Assembly: GCF_011045215.1 (NCBI RefSeq)
Contig: NZ_CP049201.1
Length of the DNA: 64,000 nt
DNA from: Escherichia coli
Lineage (GTDB): Bacteria > Pseudomonadota > Gammaproteobacteria > Enterobacterales > Enterobacteriaceae
Reading direction: 5' to 3' (one strand)
Part shown: piece by piece, positions 23,234 through 36,726 of the stretch
How the letters are laid out: the number at the start of each line of letters is the position of its first letter
Position numbering within the stretch: position 1 is the first letter of the stretch
Position numbers and translations under genes: made by a program
Notes under the pieces: model-generated
Told to the model about the DNA's origin: nothing
Databases searched by the model: none
Seen by the model: only the letters and a program-made list of their open reading frames with translations

Positions 23234-24160
23234 ATGATGAAAATAGAGCCTTCAATTTTGCCTTCTCTTGCCTGGTTTGCGCTTATTGTTCGTGCCGGCA
23301 GTTTTTCCAGAGCCGCTTCTGAAATGGGTATTACGCGGGCCGCATTGTCCCAGAATTTAAAATCTCTTGAGGAACGTCTTAACACCAAGCTGATATACCG
23401 TACGACCCGCAATATGTCGCTTACTGAGGAAGGACAGCGTCTGTATGAAGTGCTGGTGTCGGCTTTGGGGCAAATTGATGATGCTTTGAAAGATGTTGGT
23501 GATACCCAACTTGAACCTACAGGCCTGTTGAGAATAAATTCCTCCCGTGTTGCAGCACGGATGCTTGTTGAGCCTCATATTGGCGAGTTTCTTACTCGTT
23601 ACCCCAAAACAAAGATAGAACTCATTATGGATGACGGTTTATCTAACATTATTGCGGACGGCTGTGATGTGGGCATACGTCTTGAGCAAGGACTGGATGA
23701 GCATATGACTGCCGTTCCTGTTGCTCCGCTTATTAAACTGGTTACTGTGGCATCGCCAGATTATTTAAAAGAACACGGTATTCCTGAAACGCCTCAGGAA
23801 CTGAGTAACCATAATTGCCTTCGGTTGCGGCATAAAAGTAGCGGTGCACTCTCTGCATGGGAGTTTTCTAATGTTGCGGGCGGGAATGAAGAGTTCGAAA
23901 TAGAGGTTTCAGGTAAGTATATTTCTAATGATGACGAAAGCATGATACGAATGGCGCTGAATGGAACGGGTATCATTCAACATCTGGATTTTGCAATCGC
24001 TGAACATATCAATGCGGGCAAGTTACAGCCGATTCTTGAGGATTGGGCTGTTTCATTTCCTGGATTTTATATTTATGTTTCATCACGGGTGAGAATGCCC
24101 TCTAAAGTTCGTGCTTTTATTGATTTTATGGTGGAGAAAAGAGTAAAACTCGAAAATTGA
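23234..24160 (+). CDS. LysR-family transcriptional regulator
   Basis: Start set at ATGATG (MMKIEPS…) with AAGG upstream; HTH …AGSFSRAASEMGITRAALSQNLKSLEERL…; divergent from the hydrolase at 22157-23077. Confidence 0.8.
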   Translation: MMKIEPSILPSLAWFALIVRAGSFSRAASEMGITRAALSQNLKSLEERLNTKLIYRTTRNMSLTEEGQRLYEVLVSALGQIDDALKDVGDTQLEPTGLLRINSSRVAARMLVEPHIGEFLTRYPKTKIELIMDDGLSNIIADGCDVGIRLEQGLDEHMTAVPVAPLIKLVTVASPDYLKEHGIPETPQELSNHNCLRLRHKSSGALSAWEFSNVAGGNEEFEIEVSGKYISNDDESMIRMALNGTGIIQHLDFAIAEHINAGKLQPILEDWAVSFPGFYIYVSSRVRMPSKVRAFIDFMVEKRVKLEN

Positions 24161-24300
24161 TGATATGTGTCAGAATATCGGTAAGAAGAATGGCGCAATC
24201 GTGAGGATACGTTTATTCATAATAAATCTCCTGAAAGTTTAGAATTATTTTCGATACAGCCAGATTATCATTGTTACTAATAATGTGGCTAAAATAATAG

Positions 24301-27167
<2,867 letters not shown>

Positions 27168-27605
27168 TTATCGTTCATGAGAAGCATAACGTAAAGAGAA
27201 GAGCTCGATTAGACGGCAGGATTTGTCAGGGGTTATGAACGAAATTCATAAATCTGTTTGAGTGTTGCGATGGGTAGTGCAAGTTCGATATCTCCGCAAT
27301 TTACAGTCCGATAAAGGAAAATTAATATCCATAAAAAATATATCGGTTTATCCTGGCGTATATACCTACTTCGACGTATTTCTAATAGTTGCTAATTAAA
27401 GGCAGGTCATTATTATTCACTCTGAATAATGAATTATTCACTGTCCGCAGAGTAAGAAATATAACTTAAGTATCTATTTAATGACTTGCACAAAAAGCTA
27501 AATTTTCACCCATAAATAAAAATATAATCCCGCGCCCAACCACCTGATGAGTGGCTACAGGCACTGGATATATTAGGTGGCGGTGTACTTTCTTACATAA
27601 AGGTA

Positions 27606-27650
27606 TTTCCTTTTCTGCGGAAAAGGAAACCGGGAAATCCCCGGTTTTTC
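27606..27650 (+). promoter_or_regulatory. leader stem-loops upstream of eaeH (terminator-like hairpin plus overlapping alternative hairpin)
   Basis: Hairpin TTTCCTTTT/AAAAGGAAA (27606-27629) overlaps by 3 nt with hairpin AAACCGGG/CCCGGTTT (27627-27647), which is followed by a T-run; 68 nt upstream of the eaeH ATG. Confidence 0.35.
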
Positions 27651-27717
27651 TGACAAGCAGACGCCATTATTTGTGTCTGCCTATGTTCGTTAATTCGTTC
27701 ATCAGGAAATTATCTCA

Positions 27718-30700
27718 ATGTCACGTTATAAAACAGGTCATAAACAACCACGATTTCGTTATTCAGTTCTGGCCCGCTGCGTGGCGTGGGCAAATATCTC
27801 TGTTCAGGTTCTTTTTCCACTCGCTGTCACCTTTACCCCAGTAATGGCGGCACGTGCGCAGCATGCGGTTCAGCCACGGTTGAGCATGGGAAATACTACG
27901 GTAACTGCTGATAATAATGTGGAGAAAAATGTCGCGTCGTTTGCCGCAAATGCCGGGACATTTTTAAGCAGTCAGCCAGATAGCGATGCGACACGTAACT
28001 TTATTACCGGAATGGCCACAGCTAAAGCTAACCAGGAAATACAGGAGTGGCTCGGGAAATACGGTACTGCGCGCGTCAAACTGAATGTCGATAAAGATTT
28101 CTCGCTGAAGGATTCTTCGCTGGAAATGCTTTATCCGATTTATGATACGCCGACAAATATGTTGTTCACTCAGGGGGCAATACATCGTACAGACGATCGT
28201 ACTCAGTCAAATATTGGTTTTGGCTGGCGTCATTTTTCAGGAAATGACTGGATGGCGGGGGTGAACACCTTTATCGACCATGATTTATCCCGTAGTCATA
28301 CCCGCATTGGTGTTGGTGCGGAATACTGGCGCGATTATCTGAAACTGAGCGCCAATGGTTATATTCGGGCTTCTGGCTGGAAAAAATCGCCGGATATTGA
28401 GGATTATCAGGAACGCCCGGCGAATGGTTGGGATATCCGCGCAGAGGGCTATTTACCTGCCTGGCCGCAGCTTGGCGCAAGCCTGATGTATGAACAGTAT
28501 TATGGCGATGAAGTCGGGCTGTTTGGTAAAGATAAGCGCCAGAAAGACCCGCATGCTATTTCTGCCGAGGTGACCTATACGCCAGTGCCTCTTCTGACAC
28601 TGAGCGCCGGGCATAAGCAGGGCAAGAGCGGTGAGAATGACACTCGCTTTGGCCTGGAAGTTAACTACCGAATTGGCGAACCTTTGGCGAAACAACTCGA
28701 TACGGATAGCATTCGCGAGCGTCGGGTACTGGCAGGCAGCCGCTATGACCTGGTTGAGCGTAATAACAACATCGTTCTTGAGTACCGCAAATCTGAAGTG
28801 ATCCGTATTGCTCTGCCTGAGCGTATTGAAGGTAAGGGCGGTCAGACACTTTCCCTGAGGCTTGTGGTCAGCAAAGCAACTCACGGACTGAAAAATGTGC
28901 AGTGGGAAGCGCCGTCATTACTGGCTGAAGGTGGCAAAATTACCGGTCAGGGTAGTCAGTGGCAAGTAACGCTCCCTGCTTATCGTCCAGGCAAAGACAA
29001 TTATTATGCGATTTCTGCGGTTGCCTACGATAACAAAGGCAATGCCTCAAAACGCGTGCAGACAGAGGTGGTCATTACCGGAGCAGGTATGAGCGCCGAT
29101 CGCACGGCGTTAACGCTTGACGGTCAGAGCCGTATTCAAATGCTTGCTAACGGTAATGAGCAAAAACCGCTGGTGCTGTCTCTGCGCGACGCCGAGGGCC
29201 AGCCAGTCACGGGCATGAAAGATCAGATCAAGACTGAACTAGCCTTCAAACCGGCTGGAAATATTGTGACTCGTTCCCTGAAGGCCGCTAAATCACAGGC
29301 AAAGCCAACACTGGGTGAGTTCACCGAAACTGAAGCAGGGGTGTATCAGTCTGTCTTTACTACCGGAACGCAGTCAGGTGAGGCAACGATTACTGTTAGC
29401 GTTGATGGCATGAGCAAAACCGTCACTGCAGAACTGCGGGCCACGATGATGGATGTGGCAAACTCCACCCTGAGCGCTAACGAGCCGTCAGGTGACGTGG
29501 TTGCTGATGGTCAGCAAGCCTATACGTTGACGTTGACTGCGGTGGACTCCGAGGGTAATCCGGTGACGGGAGAAGCCAGCCGCTTGCGATTTGTTCCGCA
29601 AGACACTAATGGTGTAACCGTTGGTGCCATTTCGGAAATAAAACCAGGCGTTTACAGCGCCACGGTTTCTTCGACCCGTGCCGGAAACGTTGTTGTGCGT
29701 GCTTTCAGCGAGCAGTATCAGCTGGGCACATTACAACAAACGCTGAAGTTTGTTGCCGGGCCGCTTGATGCAGCACATTCGTCCATCACCCTGAATCCTG
29801 ATAAACCGGTGGTTGGGGGGACAGTTACGGCAATCTGGACGGTAAAAGATGCCTATGACAACCCTGTGACCAGCCTCACGCCGGAAGCGCCGTCATTAGC
29901 GGGTGCCGCTGCTGTAGGTTCTACGGCATCGGGCTGGACAAATAATGGTGATGGGACGTGGACTGCGCAGATTACTCTCGGCTCTACGGCGGGTGAATTA
30001 GAAGTTATGCCGAAGCTAAATGGACAGGATGCGGCAGCAAATGCGGCAAAAGTAACCGTGGTGGCTGATGCGTTATCTTCAAACCAGTCGAAAGTCTCTG
30101 TCGCAGAAGATCACGTAAAAGCCGGCGAAAGCACAACCGTGACGCTTATTGCAAAAGATGCACATGGCAACGCTATCAGTGGTCTTTCGTTGTCGGCAAG
30201 TTTGACGGGGACCGCCTCTGAAGGGGCGACCGTTTCCAGTTGGACCGAAAAAGGTGACGGTTCCTATGTTGCTACGTTGACTACAGGCGGAAAGACGGGC
30301 GAGCTTCGTGTCATGCCGCTCTTCAACGGCCAGCCAGCCGCCACCGAAGCCGCGCAGTTGACGGTCATCGCCGGAGAGATGTCATCAGCGAACTCTACGC
30401 TTGTTGCGGACAATAAGGCTCCGACCGTCAAAACGACGACGGAACTCACCTTCACCGTGAAGGATGCGTACGGGAACCCGGTCACCGGGCTGAAGCCAGA
30501 TGCACCAGTGTTTAGCGGTGCCGCCAGCACGGGGAGTGAGCGTCCTTCAGCAGGAAACTGGACAGAGAAAGGTAATGGGGTCTACGTGGCGACCTTAACG
30601 CTGGGATCTGCCGCGGGTCAGTTGTCTGTGATGCCGCGAGTGAACGGCCAAAATGCCGTTGCTCAGCCACTGGTGCTGAACGTTGCAGGTGACGCATCTA

Positions 30701-31971
30701 AGGCTGAGATTCGTGATATGACAGTGAAGGTTAATAACCAACTGGCTAATGGACAGTCTGCTAACCAGATAACCCTGACCGTTGTGGACAGCTATGGTAA
30801 CCCGTTGCAGGGGCAAGAAGTTACGCTGACTTTACCGCAGGGTGTGACCAGCAAGACGGGGAATACAGTAACAACCAATGCGGCAGGGAAAGTGGACATT
30901 GAGCTTATGTCAACGGTTGCGGGAGAACACAATATTTCCGCTTCGGTGAATGGTGCTCAGAAGACGGTCACGGTGAAATTCAACGCGGATGCCAGCACCG
31001 GTCAGGCAAACCTGCAGGTAGACACCGCCGTTCAAAAAGTGGCAAACGGCAAAGATGCCTTTACGCTGACGGCGACCGTTGAGGATAAAAATGGTAACCC
31101 TGTTCCAGGGAGCCTGGTGACCTTTAATCTGCCCCGGGGTGTCAAGCCGCTTATAGGCGATAATGTCTGGGTGAAAGCCAACGATGAGGGGAAAGCCGAG
31201 TTGCAGGTGGTTTCAGTGACTGCCGGAACGTATGAGATCACGGCATCGGCAGGGAATAGCCAGCCTTCGGATACGCAGACTATAACGTTTGTAGCCGATA
31301 AGGCTACCGCAACCGTCTCCGGTATTGAGGTGATGGGCAACTATGCGCTGGCGGACGGCAAAGCCAAACAAACGTATAAAGTTACGGTGACTGATGCCAA
31401 TAACAATTTGGTGAAAGATAGCGACGTGACGCTAACTGCCAGCCCGGCTTCGTTAAACCTGGAACCGAATGGCACTGCGACAACGAATGAGCAAGGGCAG
31501 GCTATTTTCACCGCCACCACTACTGTTGCGGCGACATATAAACTCACGGCGCAAGTGAGTCAGACCAACGGTCAGGTATCAACGAAAACTGCCGAATCTA
31601 AATTCGTCGCGGATGATAAAAACGCGGTGCTCACCGCATCATCTGATATGCAATCTCTGGTGGCGGATGGGAAATCGACTGCGAAGCTGGAGGTGACCCT
31701 GATGTCGGCAAATAACCCCGTTGGCGGGAATATGTGGGTCGACATTCAGACGCCGGAAGGGGTGACGGAGGAGGATTATCAGTTCCTGCCGTCGAAAAAT
31801 GACCATTTCGTGAGCGGAAAAATCACGCGTACATTTAGTACCAGCAAGCCTGGTGTCTATACATTCACATTTAACGCCCTGACCTATGGCGGGTACGAAA
31901 TGAAGCCAGTGACGGTGACCATTACCGCGGTGGATGCCAATACGGCAACGGGCGAGGAGGCGATGAAATAA
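27718..31971 (+). CDS. eaeH: intimin/invasin-like inverse-autotransporter adhesin with tandem bacterial Ig-like domains (intact)
   Basis: 1417 aa; N-terminus MSRYKTGHKQPRFRYSVLARCVAW… and more than eight internal repeats of the pattern T[LV]T[AV].D..GNPV.G (Big-type domains). Also known as fdeC. Confidence 0.85.
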   Translation: MSRYKTGHKQPRFRYSVLARCVAWANISVQVLFPLAVTFTPVMAARAQHAVQPRLSMGNTTVTADNNVEKNVASFAANAGTFLSSQPDSDATRNFITGMATAKANQEIQEWLGKYGTARVKLNVDKDFSLKDSSLEMLYPIYDTPTNMLFTQGAIHRTDDRTQSNIGFGWRHFSGNDWMAGVNTFIDHDLSRSHTRIGVGAEYWRDYLKLSANGYIRASGWKKSPDIEDYQERPANGWDIRAEGYLPAWPQLGASLMYEQYYGDEVGLFGKDKRQKDPHAISAEVTYTPVPLLTLSAGHKQGKSGENDTRFGLEVNYRIGEPLAKQLDTDSIRERRVLAGSRYDLVERNNNIVLEYRKSEVIRIALPERIEGKGGQTLSLRLVVSKATHGLKNVQWEAPSLLAEGGKITGQGSQWQVTLPAYRPGKDNYYAISAVAYDNKGNASKRVQTEVVITGAGMSADRTALTLDGQSRIQMLANGNEQKPLVLSLRDAEGQPVTGMKDQIKTELAFKPAGNIVTRSLKAAKSQAKPTLGEFTETEAGVYQSVFTTGTQSGEATITVSVDGMSKTVTAELRATMMDVANSTLSANEPSGDVVADGQQAYTLTLTAVDSEGNPVTGEASRLRFVPQDTNGVTVGAISEIKPGVYSATVSSTRAGNVVVRAFSEQYQLGTLQQTLKFVAGPLDAAHSSITLNPDKPVVGGTVTAIWTVKDAYDNPVTSLTPEAPSLAGAAAVGSTASGWTNNGDGTWTAQITLGSTAGELEVMPKLNGQDAAANAAKVTVVADALSSNQSKVSVAEDHVKAGESTTVTLIAKDAHGNAISGLSLSASLTGTASEGATVSSWTEKGDGSYVATLTTGGKTGELRVMPLFNGQPAATEAAQLTVIAGEMSSANSTLVADNKAPTVKTTTELTFTVKDAYGNPVTGLKPDAPVFSGAASTGSERPSAGNWTEKGNGVYVATLTLGSAAGQLSVMPRVNGQNAVAQPLVLNVAGDASKAEIRDMTVKVNNQLANGQSANQITLTVVDSYGNPLQGQEVTLTLPQGVTSKTGNTVTTNAAGKVDIELMSTVAGEHNISASVNGAQKTVTVKFNADASTGQANLQVDTAVQKVANGKDAFTLTATVEDKNGNPVPGSLVTFNLPRGVKPLIGDNVWVKANDEGKAELQVVSVTAGTYEITASAGNSQPSDTQTITFVADKATATVSGIEVMGNYALADGKAKQTYKVTVTDANNNLVKDSDVTLTASPASLNLEPNGTATTNEQGQAIFTATTTVAATYKLTAQVSQTNGQVSTKTAESKFVADDKNAVLTASSDMQSLVADGKSTAKLEVTLMSANNPVGGNMWVDIQTPEGVTEEDYQFLPSKNDHFVSGKITRTFSTSKPGVYTFTFNALTYGGYEMKPVTVTITAVDANTATGEEAMK

Positions 31972-32091
31972 TATTAAGAGTATGAAAGTAACATTCTAAT
32001 AAACAATAATGGCGTTGACATCTTCAACGCCATTATTTATTGAATTTCCTGACAGTAGTCTCGTTATAAATTCATTTAGACATAGCGACAG

Positions 32092-32982
32092 CTAAACCGG
32101 ACGAACGGGGATAAAAATTTCGCAAACAATGTTATTGCTATCAATTTCGACGAAATTTTCATTGTAATAAAACCGCTCAATATCACTGCCGTTGACTCTG
32201 GCTAACCCCCTGGCGGGTAATTCCATCAGATAGAGGTTTCGCGCCCATTCAGGGTAGTGCTCCCACTCACCTTCATAGCGGAAAGAGGCATACAGTCCTC
32301 GGTTAATTGTCCACTCTTTCGGCATCTCTGAATCGGTTTGTTTGCATACCGTACCGGCAAAAGTTTCAACCGTGAGCAAATCGACCGATTTTGTTGACGG
32401 TTCAAACGTGGAGACGAAATAGATATCCGTCTTAAAATTATTCATACATCTGGCTAAATGATGACGTCGCAGTTTGACTTCTTCATCCGGTGATTTATTC
32501 GACACTTCAATATCATATTTAAATGAATTGCCAAAAATAGGTGTCTCAGGAAAGTTGACTAATCTACACTCCGTCTTTTGCTGTTGACGTATTAAAAAAG
32601 AAGGGAAGATATTTGCGAGATCCCAATAATCACGGTGGCGGTATACACGGGGAGAGCAGCCGAATAACTTTTTAAATTCGCGGCTGAATGACTGCTGTGA
32701 ATCAAAATGCAAAGAGAGTGCAATATCAAGCATAGATTTCGCGGTGAGCCGGACAAGAATGGCGGCACGACAAAGCCTTCGTTTGCGAATGTATTCTCCC
32801 AAAGGCACATGCATGAAATTTCGGAACAGAAGCTGGATGTTGCGTCTGCTGTAGCCAGATTTCTGTGCGATATCTTCGATTGAAATAGGGTGCTCAAGAT
32901 TGCACTCAATCCACTCCAGGAGCTGCTGTAGAATCTTCTGCCTGATCATCACATTCTCCATTAATTCTTCGTCATATCGCAC
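32092..32982 (-). CDS. ykgA: AraC-family regulator with C-terminal GyrI-like effector domain (ykgA-like)
   Basis: AraC HTH at the N-terminus (…IEDIAQKSGYSRRNIQLLFRNF…FGCSPRVYR) followed by about 150 aa of GyrI-like domain; start codon uncertain. Confidence 0.7.
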   Translation of the reverse strand: MRYDEELMENVMIRQKILQQLLEWIECNLEHPISIEDIAQKSGYSRRNIQLLFRNFMHVPLGEYIRKRRLCRAAILVRLTAKSMLDIALSLHFDSQQSFSREFKKLFGCSPRVYRHRDYWDLANIFPSFLIRQQQKTECRLVNFPETPIFGNSFKYDIEVSNKSPDEEVKLRRHHLARCMNNFKTDIYFVSTFEPSTKSVDLLTVETFAGTVCKQTDSEMPKEWTINRGLYASFRYEGEWEHYPEWARNLYLMELPARGLARVNGSDIERFYYNENFVEIDSNNIVCEIFIPVRPV

Positions 32983-33196
32983 ATTTTCGTTATGCCCTGG
33001 GCCCTAAGTGTATCAAAAACAGCAAGGCCCAAGGCAAAAGCACTGATAGCGTCTGCTTCATTGCCCCAAAAATAGAGAGGTTTCAGTCCTACATTATTAA
33101 TGAATTTTTTGCATAAGTGATATCAAAATCCACATACTAATTTGAGGTTACGTTTTAACGTAGACTCATTGTTCATGCTTAATGGAGGGACTGACA

Positions 33197-34066
33197 GTGG
33201 AATTTTCCGTATTAAGTAACAATCTGAAAATGCCGATGATGGGATTTGGTGTTTTTCAGGTTACCGATAAAAACGTGTGCAAACAGTCAGTGTTGAACGC
33301 TATCCGCACGGGTTATCGACTCATCGACACTGCAGCGGTATACGGTAATGAAGATGCTGTCGGTGAAGCCGTTCGTGAAGCCATATCCGAAGGTTTATGT
33401 ACCCGAGAAGAGTTATTTATAACGTCTAAATTGTGGGTGCAGGATATGTTGAATCAGGATACGGCAGCAGCAGGTATTGAAGCATCATTAAAAAAATCGG
33501 GACTAGAATACTTCGACCTCTATTTATTGCATCAGGCTATGCGCGATTATTTCAGTGCGTGGCGTGCACTCGAAGATGCCTATGAAGAGGGCAAATTAAA
33601 AGCGATTGGGGTTTCCAATTTCTATCCTCATGTTCTGGCGAACTTTTGTGAAACGGTAAGAGTTAAACCGATGGTCAACCAGGTCGAGTTGCATCCCTAT
33701 TTTGCCCAACCAGAGGCACTGGCAACCATGAAGTATTATAACGTGCAGCCTGAAGCATGGGCTCCGTTAGGTGGTGGACGACATAAACCCTTTGAAAATA
33801 ATCTGCTTCAGAGTATTGCAGATGCCCATCAAAAATCGATTTCTCAAGTCATTCTGCGTTGGAATATTCAACGGGGAGTGGTCGTTATTCCGAAATCGAC
33901 ACATCAACAGCGTATCGAAGAAAATTTTGCTATCTGGGATTTCTCACTGACAGAGAAAGAAATGGCACAAATTAGTTCGCTTGATTTGGGTTATGTTGGA
34001 GAGTCGGTAAAACATTTTAATCCTGAATTTGTTCGTGGTTGTCTTGCTGTAAAAATACATGATTGA
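33197..34066 (+). CDS. aldo-keto reductase (DkgA-like)
   Basis: AKR motifs (MPMMGFGVFQV…IDTAAVYGNE…); GGAGGGA lies 6 nt before the GTG at 33197, so that was preferred over the ORF-track ATG at 33182. Confidence 0.75.
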   Translation: MEFSVLSNNLKMPMMGFGVFQVTDKNVCKQSVLNAIRTGYRLIDTAAVYGNEDAVGEAVREAISEGLCTREELFITSKLWVQDMLNQDTAAAGIEASLKKSGLEYFDLYLLHQAMRDYFSAWRALEDAYEEGKLKAIGVSNFYPHVLANFCETVRVKPMVNQVELHPYFAQPEALATMKYYNVQPEAWAPLGGGRHKPFENNLLQSIADAHQKSISQVILRWNIQRGVVVIPKSTHQQRIEENFAIWDFSLTEKEMAQISSLDLGYVGESVKHFNPEFVRGCLAVKIHD

Positions 34067-34225
34067 TATTAATCATGTATTTTACCTGAGACGACAAGAA
34101 TCTTTTAACAGGGGAGTGATATTGATCTTCACTCTGTCATATCTCAGGTAATATGGCGTCAGGCTTCATCATCAGAAAGGGGGCCTGACGCCTGAAAAAG
34201 TGAACAACAGACAGTGTTCGGATTA

Positions 34226-34819
34226 TCAATATTCAGTTTTTAACGTTGAACTGGATTCATTACTGCGTTGTTTAAGAATTTCCCGCGCCGAATCTGCCAT
34301 TATCATGACAGCACCTGCCAGCATCAGAGTATCTTTCAATACCAGACGACCAGCACCGGATAAATAAGGGAAACCATGATGAGCGTCACCCAATGCGGGT
34401 ACCCATGCCTCCGGGGTGGTGATTAAAAATGAGAGTGTTACCAACGGTGTGGTAAATGCCATCAGCCCTCCCAATAAACCTAACCAGCGATTGACAGGAT
34501 TAGCCAAAACCAGCAGAGCAATAATCACCTCCACGACGCCAAGACCGTTGGAAAAACCATAGGTATTATTGGCCGATTGCCATGCCCTTGCTTCTGGTTT
34601 GTATTCGCCTTCGTGAGTCAGATACTGTTTATAGTCTTCCGGGTGTTCATAAAAGAACGACATTAGTGGACTGTTTGCGACGAATGGTGTAATGCTGTCT
34701 GCCTCGTAAGGGACAAACTTTAATAACCCAATCCACATAAAAACAATCGCAATACTCAGACGAATCAATGTCAGGCCAATTTTATCTCCCCGACTTAACA
34801 GGTGCAGGTATTTTTCCAT
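34226..34819 (-). CDS. rclC: reactive chlorine resistance inner membrane protein (DUF417)
   Basis: 197 aa from MEKYLHLLSRGDKIGLTLIRL…; multi-pass membrane protein downstream of rclB. Confidence 0.8.
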   Translation of the reverse strand: MEKYLHLLSRGDKIGLTLIRLSIAIVFMWIGLLKFVPYEADSITPFVANSPLMSFFYEHPEDYKQYLTHEGEYKPEARAWQSANNTYGFSNGLGVVEVIIALLVLANPVNRWLGLLGGLMAFTTPLVTLSFLITTPEAWVPALGDAHHGFPYLSGAGRLVLKDTLMLAGAVMIMADSAREILKQRSNESSSTLKTEY

Positions 34820-34830
34820 TGTGAACATCC

Positions 34831-35067
34831 TTATTTATACAATACTGCTGTTGCGGTTGAATTATTATCAATTCGCATCGATGTGACTTTCCAGGATGAA
34901 GCATTATATTTTCTGGCTATATCAGCAATGGCATCCTCCAGAACTGTCGGTGATGCTGATACTGACGAGACGCTGATATGTTTCAGAATTATTTTATCAT
35001 CTGCATTGGTGGAAAATGCCATAACGCCAGATAATAGTGTTGCAAATAAAACGGATTTTTTAAACAT
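34831..35067 (-). CDS. rclB: small periplasmic DUF1471 protein
   Basis: 78 aa from MFKKSVLFATLLSGVMAFSTNA…; signal peptide plus DUF1471-like C-terminus. Confidence 0.75.
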   Translation of the reverse strand: MFKKSVLFATLLSGVMAFSTNADDKIILKHISVSSVSASPTVLEDAIADIARKYNASSWKVTSMRIDNNSTATAVLYK

Positions 35068-35175
35068 ATAAAATACCATCAATGAAGTGATTAAGAAGTT
35101 ATAGAGTAACAGGGAATTAATAAGATTCTTTTCTCTGAGACGCCAGAATATTTGTTCTGGCGTCTGATTTTGAGT

Positions 35176-36501
35176 TTATTTGACTAATGAAAATAGATCA
35201 TTGAGTGATTCGCTCATCGACGGATGAGTAAATATCTGATCGCGTAATATGCTATAAGGCAGCCCGGCATCCATCACCATTTTCACTATATTAATCATCT
35301 CGTGGGAGTCAACACACAGCAGTGATGCCCCTAATATACGTTGGGTTTTATTATCAACAATCGCTTTTAATACCCCACGGGTATCGTTCATCACTCTGGC
35401 GCGCGGAATTGCAGCTACAGGCAATGTCACCACCTGAATATCAGCACCACTCTCTCTGGCTTGTTCTTCTGTCATACCAACCCTGGATAGGGGCGGTGTC
35501 ATAAATACGGAATAAGGCACATTTTTCCGATCATCAGTACTACGTTTGCCTTCACCCAGTAACTCATCACGTACAATGCGGTAATCATCCAGTGATATGT
35601 AAGTAAATTGCAGCCCGCCGGTAACATCTCCCATCGCCCAAATATTGTCTGCGGTGGTATGTAATCGCTTGTCAACGACAATTGCCCCGCGCTCGTTTAC
35701 TGCGATACCGGCATTTTCTGGATGTAACGAAGCGGTAGCCGGTTGACGACCGGAAGCTATTAACAGTGCATCCACCGCCAGTTGGGCGTGCTCGCTATGC
35801 ACTTGCACTTGATTTTCATGGTGACTGATTCGCTCCACATGGGCATTGAGGATAATATCGACGCCCTGATCGCGTAAAATCGTCGCGATATTATCAGCAA
35901 TATCCCGTTCTTCCCGAGGCAAAAACAGTGAAGCTGCTTCTAAAATGGTTACCTTGCTGCCAAAATTAGCGAACATAGAGGCGAACTCAACGCCAATATA
36001 TCCGCCGCCCAAAATACCTAAATGCCCAGGCAATTCTTTTAGATTAAGTAATCCGGTGCTGTCATATACTCCTGGCGTGGTGGTAATTCCAGTAATTGGC
36101 GGAACCACGGTTTGTGCACCGGTATTAATAAAAATTTTCTCGCCATGAATTTCCAGATTTCCCTCAGGCCGATGAACACGCAGGCTATGATTATTGATAA
36201 ACTCCGCCTGGCCGTCGATCACGTCGATATTGGGCATATCCGCAAGATTATGAAAATTCTTATTACGTAAAAAATTAACCACTTCATTTTTACGCTGTAT
36301 GGCACGGACAAAATCTGTGTGCTGCTGTGCGTCATGAACCAATGTTTTGGTTGGGATGCAGCCGATATTAATACAGGTCCCGCCATACATTGCATTTGAT
36401 TGTTCGATGAGAGCCACTCGCCAACCTGCTTTTGCCAGCGTGACGGCTAATGTTTTTCCAGCCTTGCCAAAACCAATAATCACTGCCTGATATTTATTCA
36501 T
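35176..36501 (-). CDS. rclA: pyridine nucleotide-disulfide flavin oxidoreductase (reactive chlorine resistance)
   Basis: Start at MNKYQAVIIGFGKAGK… (FAD-binding GxGxxG); CxxxxC redox motif (GGTCINIGCIPTK); divergent from rclR. Confidence 0.85.
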   Translation of the reverse strand: MNKYQAVIIGFGKAGKTLAVTLAKAGWRVALIEQSNAMYGGTCINIGCIPTKTLVHDAQQHTDFVRAIQRKNEVVNFLRNKNFHNLADMPNIDVIDGQAEFINNHSLRVHRPEGNLEIHGEKIFINTGAQTVVPPITGITTTPGVYDSTGLLNLKELPGHLGILGGGYIGVEFASMFANFGSKVTILEAASLFLPREERDIADNIATILRDQGVDIILNAHVERISHHENQVQVHSEHAQLAVDALLIASGRQPATASLHPENAGIAVNERGAIVVDKRLHTTADNIWAMGDVTGGLQFTYISLDDYRIVRDELLGEGKRSTDDRKNVPYSVFMTPPLSRVGMTEEQARESGADIQVVTLPVAAIPRARVMNDTRGVLKAIVDNKTQRILGASLLCVDSHEMINIVKMVMDAGLPYSILRDQIFTHPSMSESLNDLFSLVK

Positions 36502-36726
36502 GATGATTTCCTGTCGAAACGCGTTCATTTGACATCATGACTATAGACGCAAAAGAGCAAATAACATTTCTTCACAACGCTTGATATTTTGTCTTATCGT
36601 CTGGTATTTTCTTTTTCTTAATCAGAATCACAAAACAAAAATCATGATTAACTATTTGATGGTATTAGATTAGTTATTTACTAAGATTGTTGGTGTTTGT
36701 AATCAAAAACCACTCAGGAGTCTGAT

